A DNA stretch of 64,000 nucleotides from Leptonemataceae bacterium (GCA_965227295.1 OZ245742.1:544001-608000), one strand, 5' to 3'; counted from the stretch's first letter, positions 19,391 to 30,561 are shown. Notes: generated by a model from the letters alone, not told the origin. Translations and numbers: made by a program.

Positions 19391-19966
19391 TCAGCCCTCC
19401 TGGATCTCCTTCAGAATCGCCCGAATGCGGGCCGTAATCTCATCCATTGCCCCCAGTCCGTCGATGCTCTTCAGAATACCCTTCTTCTGATAGTAATCGA
19501 TCAGCGGGGCCGTCTGTTCCTGATAGGTCTTCAGGCGATTTTTGATGACCGGTTCGGTATCGTCCGCGCGGCCGTCTTTCTGGGCGCGATCCAGCAGTCG
19601 CTTGATGAGCTCCTCATCCGGAACTTCCAGATTCAGAGCGGCATCGAGCTTCTGGCCCATGTCCGCCAGGAGCTTTTCCAGGGCGTCGGCCTGCTCGATG
19701 GTACGGGGGAAACCATCCAGGACGTAGCCGTTTTGCGCGTCGCTCTCCTTCAGCCGCTCCCGCACAATTCCGATGACAATGTCATCCGACACGAGCTTGC
19801 CGGCATCCATGAGCGCCTTCGCCTGTTTGCCCAGTTCCGTACCGTTCTTCACGGCAGCCCGCAGAATCTCACCCGTAGAAATCTGCGGGATGTTGTAATC
19901 ATCGCAAATGATCTGCGCCTGGGTTCCTTTGCCGGCCCCCGGGGGGCCCATAAACAACAGCTTCAA
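19391..19966 (-). CDS. adk: Adenylate kinase (short LID)
   Basis: 'GPPGAGKGTQA', 'LDGFPRT', 'GRADD'. Confidence 0.97.
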   Translation of the reverse strand: MKLLFMGPPGAGKGTQAQIICDDYNIPQISTGEILRAAVKNGTELGKQAKALMDAGKLVSDDIVIGIVRERLKESDAQNGYVLDGFPRTIEQADALEKLLADMGQKLDAALNLEVPDEELIKRLLDRAQKDGRADDTEPVIKNRLKTYQEQTAPLIDYYQKKGILKSIDGLGAMDEITARIRAILKEIQEG

Positions 19967-19987
19967 AACTTTCCCCCGCTCCGTTTT

Positions 19988-21349
19988 TCAGGTCCGACCT
20001 TTGATCCGGCCCTTTTTCATAAATCCTTCGTAGTTCCGCATGAGCAGTTGAGACTCCACCTGCTTCAGCGTATCCAATCCGACGCCCACGATAATGAGCA
20101 GCGACGTTCCGCCGAAGGTGTAGGCGAGGCCCTGTATGTTCTGGTTCTCTTCGAGATCCAGCATGTTGATCAAAAAGTACGGGGCGAGCGCGAGACCCGC
20201 GAGGAAGATTGCCCCCGGCAGGGTGATGCGATTCAGCACATACTCGATGTACTCCCGGGTATGCGTGCCGGGACGAATGCCCGGAATGAATCCGCCGTAC
20301 TTCTTCAGGTTCTCCGCCAGATCCTGCGGATTGATCTGGATGGCGGTGTAGAAGTACGCGAAGAAGATGATCAACGCGGTGTAGATGAAGTAATACGGGA
20401 TTTGCTGGTACCAGACAGGCGAGAACGGGTTCAGCCACTCGTTCATAATGCGCCAGCCGATCCAGGTTTCGGTGCCGCCCTGGCCGAGCACACCGAAGAC
20501 CGTCTGCGGAAACAGCAGCAACGACGACGCGAAGATGATCGGCATAACGTTCGCCGAGTTCAACTTAAACGGAATGCTCTGCGAACGGGCCTGCACCATG
20601 CGGCGGCCCTGCATCTTCTTGCCGTACTGAAGTGGGACCTTGCGCACGCCGGTGGACAGCACCACGGTCAGCGCGATCAGAATCACAAACACGATCAAAA
20701 GAATAATGATAATGAAGAAATCCACGCGCTCGTCTTTGACCATCATCCAGAGCATGGCCGGCAACTGCGCAATAATGCCGGCGAAGATGATCAACGACAC
20801 ACCGTTGCCGATGCCCCGCTCGGTAATCTGCTCGCCCATCCACATTAACAGAATGGTGCCGGTGGTAATCGTCAGAATGCCGATCACGAAGAACATGAAC
20901 GGCGACACGTCCGCGGAAACCAGCGGTTCGCCGACGCGGTTCGTCTGGGACTGCGCGTTCAGCAGAATGAAGTACGACTGCACCGCGCACAGCACGATCG
21001 TGCCGTAGCGGGTATACTGGTTGATCTTCTTACGGCCCTCTTCGCCTTCACGTTGCAGGCGCGCCAGCGGTGGGATGACCACGGTCAGCAGGTTCATGAT
21101 GATCGAGGCCGAGATGTACGGCATGATGCCGAGAGAAAAGACCGAGAGTTTGAAGAGCGCCCCGCCCGAGAAGACGTTGACCACGTCGAGAAAGGACTGC
21201 CCCTCGGGACGCGCCAGGGCCACCGCCACCGGGTTTACGCCCGGGATCGTAACGAAAATCCCGAAGCGGTAGAGAATCAACATGCCCAGGGTGAACAGGA
21301 TCTTGCTGCGCAGTTCGGGAATGCGGAAGATGTTGATGATCGAACTCAT
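19988..21349 (-). CDS. secY: Preprotein translocase SecY
   Basis: '[12 protein letters not shown]', '[11 protein letters not shown]', 'IPGIRPG', 'GGTSLLI'. Confidence 0.98.
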   Translation of the reverse strand: MSSIINIFRIPELRSKILFTLGMLILYRFGIFVTIPGVNPVAVALARPEGQSFLDVVNVFSGGALFKLSVFSLGIMPYISASIIMNLLTVVIPPLARLQREGEEGRKKINQYTRYGTIVLCAVQSYFILLNAQSQTNRVGEPLVSADVSPFMFFVIGILTITTGTILLMWMGEQITERGIGNGVSLIIFAGIIAQLPAMLWMMVKDERVDFFIIIILLIVFVILIALTVVLSTGVRKVPLQYGKKMQGRRMVQARSQSIPFKLNSANVMPIIFASSLLLFPQTVFGVLGQGGTETWIGWRIMNEWLNPFSPVWYQQIPYYFIYTALIIFFAYFYTAIQINPQDLAENLKKYGGFIPGIRPGTHTREYIEYVLNRITLPGAIFLAGLALAPYFLINMLDLEENQNIQGLAYTFGGTSLLIIVGVGLDTLKQVESQLLMRNYEGFMKKGRIKGRT

Positions 21350-21407
21350 AGAAATTCAGGTATGTGGTAAGGCGAACGGAGGTCGGCTGAAAGCAGGATG
21401 CGGATCC

Positions 21408-22010
21408 CTACTTCGCCTCGCCCTGTTTCACCGATTTGCGAGCCGCGCGCTTCGCTTCAGTAATCTCTTTGCGCAGTTGCCTCGGCTCGCGCAGACTTAC
21501 CGAACCGCCGGCCGCCTCGATTTTCTTTTTCGCGCTTTCGGAAACGGCGTCGGCCGTGATCTGTAGCCCGGCCTTAATCTCACCGGTGCCGAGGATCTTC
21601 ACTTTCTGCAACGCGTCGCGAATGAGACCCTTCGCCGCCAGCTCCGCCGGACCCACGGCCCCGGAAAGGCCGGCACGATCCAGGCGGAACAGGTTTACTT
21701 CCTGGTAGTCGACGCTCCAGATATTCGTAAAACCGCGCTTCGGTACCCGACGGTGCAGCGGCATTTGACCGCCTTCAAAACCCGCGGTATGTGAATAGCC
21801 CGAGCGAGACTTCTGGCCCTTCTGGCCGCGGCTGGAGGTCTTGCCCATGCCGCTGCTGCGCCCGCGACCCACGCGCTTACGTTCTTTGCGACTGCCTTTC
21901 GGCGGCGCAATGGGTTCCTGAACGCCGGTGCGATCGTTCTCTTTGCGCTTCCGGTCGCTGTGCAGCGAACCATAGTTCAGGTTCTCGCTCTTTTGTTTCT
22001 GTTCGCTCAT
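21408..22010 (-). CDS. rplO: 50S ribosomal protein L15 with N- and C-terminal extensions
   Basis: 'RVGRGRSSGMGKTSSRGQKGQKSR', 'GFEGGQMPLHRR'. Start is uncertain (ATG 22010 or TTG 22025). Confidence 0.95.
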   Translation of the reverse strand: MSEQKQKSENLNYGSLHSDRKRKENDRTGVQEPIAPPKGSRKERKRVGRGRSSGMGKTSSRGQKGQKSRSGYSHTAGFEGGQMPLHRRVPKRGFTNIWSVDYQEVNLFRLDRAGLSGAVGPAELAAKGLIRDALQKVKILGTGEIKAGLQITADAVSESAKKKIEAAGGSVSLREPRQLRKEITEAKRAARKSVKQGEAK

Positions 22011-22035
22011 GGCAATATTACTCAACAGAGGACGC

Positions 22036-22221
22036 TCAGGCGTCCTCGACTTTGATCAGGTACTCGACCTGTTTGATCATGCCCTGGATCACCGGGCTCA
22101 GCGTATGCTCGCGCACCGCGCCGATCTTGCGCAGGCCGAGGGCGCGCAACGTCGCCCGATGTTTCGGGATGCGACCGATGCCGCTGCGAATTTGCGTGAC
22201 TTTTACTTTCTTACCGCTCAT
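22036..22221 (-). CDS. rpmD: 50S ribosomal protein L30
   Basis: 'KVTQIRSGIG...TLRALGLRK...GMI'. Confidence 0.96.
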   Translation of the reverse strand: MSGKKVKVTQIRSGIGRIPKHRATLRALGLRKIGAVREHTLSPVIQGMIKQVEYLIKVEDA

Positions 22222-22249
22222 AGGATTTCCGTCTTTTCGGCTTCGTTTC

Positions 22250-22768
22250 TCAGTACTCGTCGCCGAAGAGCTGCGTCATGGTAATGCCGCGTTTCTTCGC
22301 CGACACGACAGGTGTTTCCAACTGCGCCAGCGCGTCCATCGTCGCCCGCACTACGTTAATGGTATTCTTCGAACCCACCACTTTAGAAAGCACGTCGTGT
22401 ACACCGGCCTGTTCGACCACGGCACGCACCGCTTCCCCGGCGATGATTCCCGTTCCCGGCGTGGCCGGACGCAGCATCACGCGCGTCGACTTGAATGTGC
22501 CGACCACTTCGTGGGGCAGCGTGCCCTTGCGCGTGAGATGCACGTCGATCATGGTCCGCCGGGCGGTTTCGATGGCTTTCCGAATCGCGTCGGGAACCTC
22601 GTTGGCTTTGCCGAGACCGATGCCCACCCGACCCGCGGTGTCACCGACTACCGCGAGTGAGTTGAACGAAAAGCGCCGACCGCCCTTTACTACTTTAGAA
22701 ACACGATTGATCTTAACGACTTTCTCGACTAACTCGCGTTCCGCATCCTGCGTTGCCGGTTGCATCAT
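22250..22768 (-). CDS. rpsE: 30S ribosomal protein S5
   Basis: '[14 protein letters not shown]', 'GTGIIAG'. Confidence 0.98.
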   Translation of the reverse strand: MMQPATQDAERELVEKVVKINRVSKVVKGGRRFSFNSLAVVGDTAGRVGIGLGKANEVPDAIRKAIETARRTMIDVHLTRKGTLPHEVVGTFKSTRVMLRPATPGTGIIAGEAVRAVVEQAGVHDVLSKVVGSKNTINVVRATMDALAQLETPVVSAKKRGITMTQLFGDEY

Positions 22769-22771
22769 AAC

Positions 22772-23131
22772 TTAAAACTCCAGTCCTTTTTCCCGCGCGG
22801 CGTCCGCGAAGGCGGCGATCTTGCCGTGATAGAGAAAACCGCGGCGGTCCAGAACCACCTGCTTCACACCCTTGTCGACGGCGCGCTGAGCAATCAGCTC
22901 TCCGAGGGCTTTCGCGGCTTCTTTGTTCTTACCCTTCGTCGGGAAGCTCTTCTCGTTCGTGGCAGCCGCGCACAGCGTCTTGCCGCTCACGTCGTCGATG
23001 ATCTGCACGGCGAGGAAACGATTCGAGCGATTGATGACCAGCCGCGGACGGGTGGTCTTCGGGCGAATCGCATGGCGGACCCGGGTGACCCGGCGCCGCA
23101 GTCGTGCGCGTTTGTCCTGTACTCTGTTCAT
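22772..23131 (-). CDS. rplR: 50S ribosomal protein L18
   Basis: 'RPRLVINRSN', 'DRRGFLYHG', 'AREKGLEF'. Confidence 0.97.
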   Translation of the reverse strand: MNRVQDKRARLRRRVTRVRHAIRPKTTRPRLVINRSNRFLAVQIIDDVSGKTLCAAATNEKSFPTKGKNKEAAKALGELIAQRAVDKGVKQVVLDRRGFLYHGKIAAFADAAREKGLEF

Positions 23132-23167
23132 AATGGCGTTCCCTGAATCCGATCGCTTAAATCTTAC

Positions 23168-23716
23168 TTACTTTTTACCGGCCTTGCCCGCCTTACCGGC
23201 TTTGCGGCGGATGTGCTCGTCAGCGTACTTCACGCCTTTGCCCTTGTAGGGCTCCGGCGGGCGCAGCGCGCGCAGTTCCGAGGCAACCTGGCCCAGCTTT
23301 TGTTTGTCGATGCTCGTGAGTTCGACCTTGGTCTGGTCCGTTACGGTAGCCTTCACCGCGTCGGGCAGAGGATAGCGAACCTCGTGGGAATAGCCCAGGG
23401 ACAGAACGAGTTCGTTGCCCTTGAGCTGCGCCCGATAACCTACGCCGACCAGTTCCATACGGCGGCTCCAGCCTTTGCTCACGCCTTCAATGCAATTCGC
23501 GAGCAACGCCCGCGTCGTGCCGTGCAGAGCTCGCAATTTACGCGAGTCGTCGGCACGTTTAATGAAAACCCGGCCGTCGTTTTCTTCAAACGTAATGCCT
23601 TCGGGCAGCGGAGCACTCAGTTGTCCCTGCGCCCCCTTCACGACGATCTCGCCGTTCGCGGCTTTCAGTTCCACGCCGTTCGGCACTGCAATAGAGGCAT
23701 TTCCTACTCGTGACAT
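23168..23716 (-). CDS. rplF: 50S ribosomal protein L6
   Basis: 'MSRVG', 'GVGYRA', 'PPEPYKGKG'. Confidence 0.98.
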   Translation of the reverse strand: MSRVGNASIAVPNGVELKAANGEIVVKGAQGQLSAPLPEGITFEENDGRVFIKRADDSRKLRALHGTTRALLANCIEGVSKGWSRRMELVGVGYRAQLKGNELVLSLGYSHEVRYPLPDAVKATVTDQTKVELTSIDKQKLGQVASELRALRPPEPYKGKGVKYADEHIRRKAGKAGKAGKK

Positions 23717-23747
23717 GATATCGTTCTCCAGATGAAGCCGCGCGATC

Positions 23748-24143
23748 TTACCATACGCGGCAGAGGATCTCGCCCCCGATGTTCAGCTTCTTCGCTTTGC
23801 GCCCCGTCATCACGCCCTGGGACGTGGAAACGATGGCGATGCCCATGTTATTCCGCACCGGACGCATTTCCCGGCCTTTCACGTAGTAGCGGCGGCCCGG
23901 GCTCGACACACGCTCCAGTTGACGGATGACCGGAGTTTTGCCGGCATACTTCAACTGGACTTCGATGTCCGCTTTGCGGTTCTCGGTCTTCATCTCGAAC
24001 CCCGCGATAAAACCCTCGCGCTTGAGGATATCGAGAATGGCGACCTTTAACTTCGATCCCGGGAAACTTACTGTACGGTGCCCGGCCCGCGATCCGTTCC
24101 GGATTCGCGTCAACATATCTGCAATGGGATCAGAAAGACTCAT
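23748..24143 (-). CDS. rpsH: 30S ribosomal protein S8
   Basis: Start MSLSDPIADMLTRIRN; 'SSPGRR', 'GGEILC'. Confidence 0.98.
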   Translation of the reverse strand: MSLSDPIADMLTRIRNGSRAGHRTVSFPGSKLKVAILDILKREGFIAGFEMKTENRKADIEVQLKYAGKTPVIRQLERVSSPGRRYYVKGREMRPVRNNMGIAIVSTSQGVMTGRKAKKLNIGGEILCRVW

Positions 24144-24156
24144 AATGACCTCTATC

Positions 24157-24342
24157 TTACCAGGATGATTTAACCACACCCGGAACGTGGCCCTTGCCGG
24201 CCAGTTGGCGGAAACAAATCCGGCACATATCAAAGCGGCGCATATAGCCGCGAGGGCGTCCGCATAACGGGCAGCGGTTGTACGCCCGGACCGCAAACTT
24301 CGGTTTACGGCGTTGTTTTTCTTCGAGTGACTTCTTCGCCAT
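24157..24342 (-). CDS. rpsN: 30S ribosomal protein S14, type Z
   Basis: 61 aa with CPLC...CRIC; ends 'PGVVKSSW'. Confidence 0.98.
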   Translation of the reverse strand: MAKKSLEEKQRRKPKFAVRAYNRCPLCGRPRGYMRRFDMCRICFRQLAGKGHVPGVVKSSW

Positions 24343-24363
24343 GTTCTTGCGCCTTTCTTGCTA

Positions 24364-24921
24364 TTAGCCTTCTTTCTCTTTCTTTTTGCGGAACGGCAGC
24401 CCCAGCTTCGTGAAGAGTGAGTGCGCCTCGGTGTCGTTCACCGCGGTGGTGACCATCGTGATATTCATCCCGTGGTAGCTATCCACCTTATCCACGTCGA
24501 TTTCGGGAAAGATGATTTGTTCTTTGATACCCATGTTGTAGTTGCCGCGGCCGTCAAAACCGTTCGGGTTCAGACCCTTAAAGTCCCGAACCCGCGGCAA
24601 CGCAACGCCGACGAGACGTTCGAGGAATTCGAACATCCGGCGACCACGCAACGTAACCCGCGCGCCCACGGCCATGCCTTCGCGCAGTTTAAAACCGGCG
24701 ATGGACTTGCGCGCCGCGGTCTTGACCGGGCGCTGGCCCGTGATGGCCGCCAGTTCTTCCAGAGCCACTTCCAGACCCTTGGGGTTACCCGAGGCGTCGC
24801 CCATGCCGACGTTCAGCACGATTTTTTCCAGGCGCGGCACCTGCATAATGGACTTGTACTGGAACTCCTGGTGCAGTTCCGGCACGATCGTCTCTTTGTA
24901 TTTCTGCATTAAAGCGCTCAT
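24364..24921 (-). CDS. rplE: 50S ribosomal protein L5
   Basis: 'KIVLNVGMG', 'LPRVRDF', 'FDGRGNY', 'EQIIFPEI'. Confidence 0.98.
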   Translation of the reverse strand: MSALMQKYKETIVPELHQEFQYKSIMQVPRLEKIVLNVGMGDASGNPKGLEVALEELAAITGQRPVKTAARKSIAGFKLREGMAVGARVTLRGRRMFEFLERLVGVALPRVRDFKGLNPNGFDGRGNYNMGIKEQIIFPEIDVDKVDSYHGMNITMVTTAVNDTEAHSLFTKLGLPFRKKKEKEG

Positions 24922-24948
24922 GTTACGCTGACCTTACTCAAAATAACC

Positions 24949-25332
24949 TTACTTGTCTTTGTCCTTAATCTCCCGGACTTCGCCTTTGCCGAGGCGCATC
25001 ACGCGAGATTTGGAACCCTTATCGTCCGTCTTGTAGCCCAAACGACGCCCCTGCTTGCTCTTCGAATCGTAGTACATCACGTTCGAAATGTGCAGACCGC
25101 TTTCCACTTCAATAGCGCCGCCCTGGGGATTCTCCTGGGTGGGACGCTGGAAACGTTTGATCTTGTTCACGCCCTGGACCACAACGCGATCCCGACGCTT
25201 GTCGATGAACATGATCTCACCGCGTTTGCCTTTTTCGCGGCCGGCGATGACGACAACCTCGTCGCCGATCTTCAGCTTCACGCGACGGTGCTTCGCGACC
25301 TCAGGATCGATGTATTTCTTGTTCTCAGCCAT
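24949..25332 (-). CDS. rplX: 50S ribosomal protein L24
   Basis: KOW motif 'GDEVVVIAGREKGKRG'; 'LHISNV'. Confidence 0.97.
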   Translation of the reverse strand: MAENKKYIDPEVAKHRRVKLKIGDEVVVIAGREKGKRGEIMFIDKRRDRVVVQGVNKIKRFQRPTQENPQGGAIEVESGLHISNVMYYDSKSKQGRRLGYKTDDKGSKSRVMRLGKGEVREIKDKDK

Positions 25333-25364
25333 TCTCGTTCTCTACTTTTGGTCCGGCGCGAGCC

Positions 25365-25757
25365 TCAAAGGACTTCCGGCGCCAGCGAAACGATCTTCAT
25401 GAACTTGCGGTCCCGCAGTTCCCGGGCCACCGGCCCGAAGATCCGCGTGCCGCGCGGGTTCATCTTTTCGTCGATGATGGCGCAGGCGTTGTCGTCGAAA
25501 CGAATGTACGATCCGTCCGGACGCCGAATTTCTTTGCGGGTGCGAACGACTACCGCCTTCTGCACGGCCTTGTTATGCACCTTCTTACCGGTACTGTCCT
25601 TAATGCCGTAGGCCGGAACGCTGTCCTTCACCGCCACGACGATGACGTCACCCACGGTGGCGTAACGCCGACGGGTGCCGCCCAGTACCTTAATGCACTG
25701 CACGCGACGGGCGCCGGTGTTGTCGGCTACATCCAGAAAAGATTCTACCTGAATCAT
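25365..25757 (-). CDS. rplN: 50S ribosomal protein L14
   Basis: 'VADNTGA', 'RFDDNA', 'IFGPVAREL', 'SLAPEVL'. Confidence 0.98.
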   Translation of the reverse strand: MIQVESFLDVADNTGARRVQCIKVLGGTRRRYATVGDVIVVAVKDSVPAYGIKDSTGKKVHNKAVQKAVVVRTRKEIRRPDGSYIRFDDNACAIIDEKMNPRGTRIFGPVARELRDRKFMKIVSLAPEVL

Positions 25758-26023
25758 TGCGCACGCTCCACGATCTTATGCAGACGATGACGTTTCTCTT
25801 TGGAAAGGCGACGCGTTTCGATAGCCAGGACCACGTCTCCGACGTTCGCTTCATTGCGCTCGTCATGGATCTTGATCCGCCGCGAACGGCGCATACTCTT
25901 GTGGAACAACGGGTGACGGATCAGCGTTTCCACGAGAATAATGCGGGTCTTGTCGTTCTTCGCAGAGACGACCTTGCCCCGAATGATCTTAAAGTTTTTA
26001 CTGCGTTCTTTTTGCGTCGCCAT
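25754..26023 (-). CDS. rpsQ: 30S ribosomal protein S17
   Basis: '[11 protein letters not shown]', 'HPL', 'HDERN', 'ETRRLSKEK'. Confidence 0.97.
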   Translation of the reverse strand: MATQKERSKNFKIIRGKVVSAKNDKTRIILVETLIRHPLFHKSMRRSRRIKIHDERNEANVGDVVLAIETRRLSKEKRHRLHKIVERAQ

Positions 26024-26064
26024 ATGCGCCCATCGCGTCTACGCCGGCGAACCGGCGGATGCTC

Positions 26065-26289
26065 TTACGATTTCTTCTTCCCTGTAATCTCGATGCCCTT
26101 CTTGCGGGCGTTGCGCACGGTCAAAATCCGTGCGATGTTCTTCTTCAGTTGTCCCACTCGTGAGGGATTCTGGAGTGAACGGGCCACGGCAAAGTGGAAC
26201 CGCAGGTCCATGAGTTCGCGACGGGCGTTCTCAAGCTGCTTGCCCAGTTCTTCGTCCGTCATATCGTGAAATGAAGTCGACTTTGCCAT
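26065..26289 (-). CDS. rpmC: 50S ribosomal protein L29
   Basis: 'ELMDLRF', 'KKNIARILT'; expected position in the operon. Confidence 0.96.
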   Translation of the reverse strand: MAKSTSFHDMTDEELGKQLENARRELMDLRFHFAVARSLQNPSRVGQLKKNIARILTVRNARKKGIEITGKKKS

Positions 26290-26293
26290 GATC

Positions 26294-26707
26294 TTACACG
26301 AGCTCCTTCTTTACGAAGGTGGTCTTGAGCGGGAGCTTAAACGCCGCCAGCTCCAGGGCTTCGCGGGCCACCGCTTCGTCTACGCCGCTCATTTCGAAGA
26401 GCATCCGGCCCGGGCGAATCTGAGCCACCCAGTACTCCGGAGAGCCCTTACCGCTACCCATTCGGGTCTCGGCCGGCTTCTTCGTGACCGGACGATCCGG
26501 GAAGATGCGAATCCACATCTTACCACCCCGCTTCACGCGGCGGGTCATGGCCCGGCGAGCAGCTTCGATCTGCCGTGCGGTAAGATAACCGGAAGTGACG
26601 GCCTTCAGACCGAACTCTCCGAACGATACCTTATTCCCGCGGTTGGCATTGCCCTTAAGGCGACCGCGCTGCCGCTTACGAAATTTAACTCTCTTCGGCG
26701 CTAACAT
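26294..26707 (-). CDS. rplP: 50S ribosomal protein L16
   Basis: '[11 protein letters not shown]', 'QIEAAR', 'RMGSGKG'. Confidence 0.98.
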   Translation of the reverse strand: MLAPKRVKFRKRQRGRLKGNANRGNKVSFGEFGLKAVTSGYLTARQIEAARRAMTRRVKRGGKMWIRIFPDRPVTKKPAETRMGSGKGSPEYWVAQIRPGRMLFEMSGVDEAVAREALELAAFKLPLKTTFVKKELV

Positions 26708-26716
26708 AAGATTGCA

Positions 26717-27394
26717 TCAACCGGTACGACGACGAACCGCGTACTGGTCTTCCTCCTCTTTCTCGAGTCCCGGAAGCAGGTCGCCGTGATAGGTCCACAC
26801 CTTCACGCCGATCATGCCGTAGGTGGTCTTCGCTGCGCTGTTAGCGTATTCGACTTTCGCGCGCAGTGTATGCAGCGGCACACGACCGTCCTTGTAGGAC
26901 TCGGCCCGGGCCATATCCGCACCGTTCAGACGACCACCCACCGCGATCTTCACTCCCTCGATGCCGCCGCGCATCGCGCCGCGTAGAGCCTGCTTCATCA
27001 CCCGACGGAACGGCATGCGCTGCTCCAGTTGCTGGGCGATGGTGTCGGCGATGATCTGAGCGACCGTCTCGGGCTTCTTCACCTCGACGATGCTGATGGA
27101 CAGCGGGCGCTCGACCTTCTTCTTAAGATCGGCTTTGAGCGCTTCGATGGAAGAACCCTTCTGCCCGATGATCACCCCCGGACGAACCGTGTGGATGTTG
27201 ATGTTGATCTTTTCGGGAAAACGCTCGATGACGATCTTCACGATTCCGGCGCGCTTGAAGCGGCCGTTGATCTCCCGGCGAATCATCAGATCTTCGTGGA
27301 GGTTCTTTTTATAGTCTTCCCCCGCGTACCAGATGGAATCCCAGCTCCGGGTGATCCCCAGTCGCAGTCCCGTTGGATTTACTTTTTGACCCAT
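26717..27394 (-). CDS. rpsC: 30S ribosomal protein S3
   Basis: '[13 protein letters not shown]', '[10 protein letters not shown]'. Confidence 0.98.
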   Translation of the reverse strand: MGQKVNPTGLRLGITRSWDSIWYAGEDYKKNLHEDLMIRREINGRFKRAGIVKIVIERFPEKININIHTVRPGVIIGQKGSSIEALKADLKKKVERPLSISIVEVKKPETVAQIIADTIAQQLEQRMPFRRVMKQALRGAMRGGIEGVKIAVGGRLNGADMARAESYKDGRVPLHTLRAKVEYANSAAKTTYGMIGVKVWTYHGDLLPGLEKEEEDQYAVRRRTG

Positions 27395-27436
27395 AGATAA
27401 GTTCCGTGTTTCTCTTTGATGTGCCGACGCGGGATC

Positions 27437-27775
27437 TTACTGATCGTCGCTCAACACCACCGTAATATGACTCGTCGGCTTCAGGATGCGGACACCGCGT
27501 CCCCGGGCCCGCGGGCGCCAGCGCTTCAGCGTCGGGCCGGCGTCTACGTACAACTTCTTAATGTAGAGATCCTCGTCCTTGAGGCCCTCGTTGACCTGCG
27601 CCGCATTCGCGCGTGCCGACTTCAGCAGCGTACCGAGAAAACCCGCCGCTTTCTTCGGAATGAACCGCAGCATGTCTACGGCTTCCGAGTAAGTGAACCC
27701 ACGAATCTCGTCCGCCACCAGGCGGACCTTGCGGGGACTGATCAAAAGAAACCGTGCTGTCGCTTTACTTTCCAT
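27437..27775 (-). CDS. rplV: 50S ribosomal protein L22
   Basis: 'SPRKVRLV', 'PRARGR', 'TSHITV'. Confidence 0.98.
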   Translation of the reverse strand: MESKATARFLLISPRKVRLVADEIRGFTYSEAVDMLRFIPKKAAGFLGTLLKSARANAAQVNEGLKDEDLYIKKLYVDAGPTLKRWRPRARGRGVRILKPTSHITVVLSDDQ

Positions 27776-27794
27776 CTCTCTTCAGTACTCCCGC

Positions 27795-28073
27795 TCAGCG
27801 TTTGCCTTTTTTATCCAGGCTCGTGTGTCCGCGATACGTGCGAGTCGGCGCGAACTCACCAAGTTTGTGGCCGACCATGTTCTCGTTGATATATACCGGC
27901 ACGAACTTGTTGCCGTTGTGAACGAGAACCGTGTGTCCGATCATTTCCGGGAAGATTGTAGATCTCCGGGACCAGGACTTAAACGGCTTCCTGTTGTTCT
28001 CGCCGTTCATCTTCGTGATCTTCGTCATCAGATGATCGTCGATGAACGGGCCTTTTTTAATCGAACGCGCCAT
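27795..28073 (-). CDS. rpsS: 30S ribosomal protein S19
   Basis: 'RSIKKGPF', '[13 protein letters not shown]'. Confidence 0.98.
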   Translation of the reverse strand: MARSIKKGPFIDDHLMTKITKMNGENNRKPFKSWSRRSTIFPEMIGHTVLVHNGNKFVPVYINENMVGHKLGEFAPTRTYRGHTSLDKKGKR

Positions 28074-28107
28074 GTCTTAGTATTCCTGCATCTCAAGCTA
28101 AGCGATC

Positions 28108-28953
28108 TTAACGACCGATGCGCTTGTTGATTCTCCGTTGAATGATGAAACGATCCGACGGCTTGTTTTTCTTTCGCGTCTTGTAACCACGCGTGGGCTG
28201 CCCCCACGGCGTCACAGGGTGACGACCACCGGAACTGCGGCCCTCGCCGCCGCCCAGGGGGTGATCCACCGGGTTCATGACCACACCACGCACGTTCGGG
28301 CGCTTGCCTTTCCAACGGTTCCGACCGGCCTTACCGATCTTCACGAGGTTGTGCTCCCGGTTGCCGACGACACCGACGGTTGCATAACAGGTGCGCAGAA
28401 CCTTGCGTGTTTCCCCCGACGGCATTTTCAGAATGATGTACTGTCCGTCGGACCCCGCGATGGTCGCGAAGACCCCCGCCGAACGCGCGATTTGTCCGCC
28501 GCGGCCCGGCTCCATCTCAATGTTGTGCACCATGGTACCAACGGGGATGTTTCCCATCGGCAGGGCGTTGCCCGCGCGAATCGGAGCCTCAGGGCCCGCC
28601 AGGACTTCGCCGCCCTTCTCCAGACCGTCCGGAGCCAGGATGTAGCGATATTCGCCGTCCAGATACTTGATGAGTGCAATGTGCGCAGAACGGTTCGGAT
28701 CGTAGTGCAGAGCCGCCACGACACCTTTCACACCGTGCTTGTTGCGCTTGAAGTCGATCTTGCGATACTTGCGCTTGTGACGGCCGCCACGCTGCCACAT
28801 GGTGACCCGACCCTGATCGTTCCGGCCGGCGGTGTAGTTCAGGTTCTCAAGCAGCTTCTTCGGCGCGGGCACGTCATGATCGAGACCACTGAAATCCAGA
28901 ACGGTCTTGGTGCGGCTTGCGTGAGTGTACGGTTTGTATTTCTTAATCGCCAT
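28108..28953 (-). CDS. rplB: 50S ribosomal protein L2
   Basis: 'YDPNRSA', '[13 protein letters not shown]'. Confidence 0.98.
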   Translation of the reverse strand: MAIKKYKPYTHASRTKTVLDFSGLDHDVPAPKKLLENLNYTAGRNDQGRVTMWQRGGRHKRKYRKIDFKRNKHGVKGVVAALHYDPNRSAHIALIKYLDGEYRYILAPDGLEKGGEVLAGPEAPIRAGNALPMGNIPVGTMVHNIEMEPGRGGQIARSAGVFATIAGSDGQYIILKMPSGETRKVLRTCYATVGVVGNREHNLVKIGKAGRNRWKGKRPNVRGVVMNPVDHPLGGGEGRSSGGRHPVTPWGQPTRGYKTRKKNKPSDRFIIQRRINKRIGR

Positions 28954-28967
28954 AGTCGTTTATACCG

Positions 28968-29270
28968 TCAGGGATTCTGCATGAAGTCGATGCTCTGCCC
29001 CGGCTCCAGGGTAACGATCGCCTTTTTCCAGCGCGGTAACTTGTAAAAATCCATCCGAAAGCGCTTACGCTTACCCGGCACTACAATCGTGTTTACTTTC
29101 ACCGCCTTCACTTTGAAGACGTGAAAGAGCGCCTGCTTGATCAGCTCTTTGTTCGCATCCGGATGAACCTTCAGCGTGTAGCGATTTACGTTCTCGTCAC
29201 CGCGGGGATGCTTGATCTCCTCGGTCTTTTCCGTAATCAACGGCGCGATAATGACATTGTGCAGATCCAT
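28968..29270 (-). CDS. rplW: 50S ribosomal protein L23
   Basis: 'PLITEK', 'ANK..IK', 'WKKAIVTL'. Confidence 0.96.
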   Translation of the reverse strand: MDLHNVIIAPLITEKTEEIKHPRGDENVNRYTLKVHPDANKELIKQALFHVFKVKAVKVNTIVVPGKRKRFRMDFYKLPRWKKAIVTLEPGQSIDFMQNP

Positions 29271-29923
29271 CAGGCTGCTCCACTCCGGCGCGACACCTTA
29301 CGGTAGCGCTCTTCCAAATCGGCGAGAGCCGGCTCCGCGATCACCACCTGGGACGCGTAGTACAACTCCGGTGCCGTAACCCGCGACGCGCTGATAAAAC
29401 GCACGTTGGGGATGTTCGACATGGACTTCTTCAGGTGTTCGTCCTCCCGGGACGTAACAAAGACCACGGAAGATTCCTTCGCGAAGCCCATCGCTTTGAA
29501 AACGTCGAAGACGGCTTTCGTGCTGAAGCTCTCAACGGCGAAGTCTTCGAGGAGATTGACCACGCCGTCTTTCGCCTTGCTGGAGAAGATCGAACGGATA
29601 CCCGCGCGACGAACCTTCTCCGGCAGATCGATGCGATAGCTACGCGGGCGCGGTCCGAACACCGTTCCACCGCCGCGCCACTGGGCCGCGCGAATGGAGC
29701 CCTGACGGGCGTTACCGGTGCCTTTCTGGCGCCACGGCTTCTTGCCGCCGCCGGAGACCTCGGCGCGTTCCTTCGTCTTGTGGTTGCCCTGACGACGGTT
29801 TGCCTGCTCCGCGCGGACGACGGCATAGATGGCCGACTTGCTGAAGTTCTCGTTGAAGAGATCCGCGGGAAGTTCGGTTTCGCCCTGTTTCTTTCCGCTC
29901 TTGTCGAATTTTACGGCTTTCAT
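29270..29923 (-). CDS. rplD: 50S ribosomal protein L4
   Basis: 'GGGKKPWRQKGTGNARQGS', 'GGTVFGP'. Confidence 0.98.
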   Translation of the reverse strand: MKAVKFDKSGKKQGETELPADLFNENFSKSAIYAVVRAEQANRRQGNHKTKERAEVSGGGKKPWRQKGTGNARQGSIRAAQWRGGGTVFGPRPRSYRIDLPEKVRRAGIRSIFSSKAKDGVVNLLEDFAVESFSTKAVFDVFKAMGFAKESSVVFVTSREDEHLKKSMSNIPNVRFISASRVTAPELYYASQVVIAEPALADLEERYRKVSRRSGAA

Positions 29924-29949
29924 TGTTCTAAACTTACGATAACTAACAA

Positions 29950-30561
29950 TTACATGGCTTCGATCTTCACGTAGCCGGTCCGCGGACCGGGGATCGAACC
30001 CTTAATGAAAATGAGACCCTGCTGAGCGTCCACATCCATCACCGTGAGGTGCGTGGTGGTTACCCGGCGAGCGCCTTTGTGACCCGGCAGCTTCTTGCCC
30101 TTGAAGACGCGCGACGGATACGCCGATGCGTTCAAAGAACCCGGTGCCCGGTGAAAACCGGAACCGTGGGTCTTCCGACCACCGCCGAAGCCGTGGCGCT
30201 TAATGGCACCGGCGAAGCCCTTACCCTTCGAGGTGCCGGTCACTTTTACGCGAGCGCCTTTCTCGAAGATGTCCGCGCGAACTTCCTGGCCGACTTCGTA
30301 GTCGCCGGCATCGCGAAACTCTTTGAGAATGCGATACGGTTGCTCGACGCCTTTCTGGTGTCCGCGCTCGGCTTTGCTGACGAGAGCCGGACGCACCGGA
30401 TCAAAGCCCAACTGCACGGCGCTGTACTGATCCTTCTCCGGCGTCTTCACCTGAAGCACGCGACAGGGACCCGCTTCCAGTACCGTAACGGGAATGGAGG
30501 CACCGCCCTCATCGAAGAGGCGGGTCATCCCGAGTTTCTTTGCGATCAATCCTCTGGCCAT
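29950..30561 (-). CDS. rplC: 50S ribosomal protein L3
   Basis: 'KLGMT', 'PVTV', 'SKGKGF', 'KGSIPG'. Confidence 0.98.
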   Translation of the reverse strand: MARGLIAKKLGMTRLFDEGGASIPVTVLEAGPCRVLQVKTPEKDQYSAVQLGFDPVRPALVSKAERGHQKGVEQPYRILKEFRDAGDYEVGQEVRADIFEKGARVKVTGTSKGKGFAGAIKRHGFGGGRKTHGSGFHRAPGSLNASAYPSRVFKGKKLPGHKGARRVTTTHLTVMDVDAQQGLIFIKGSIPGPRTGYVKIEAM

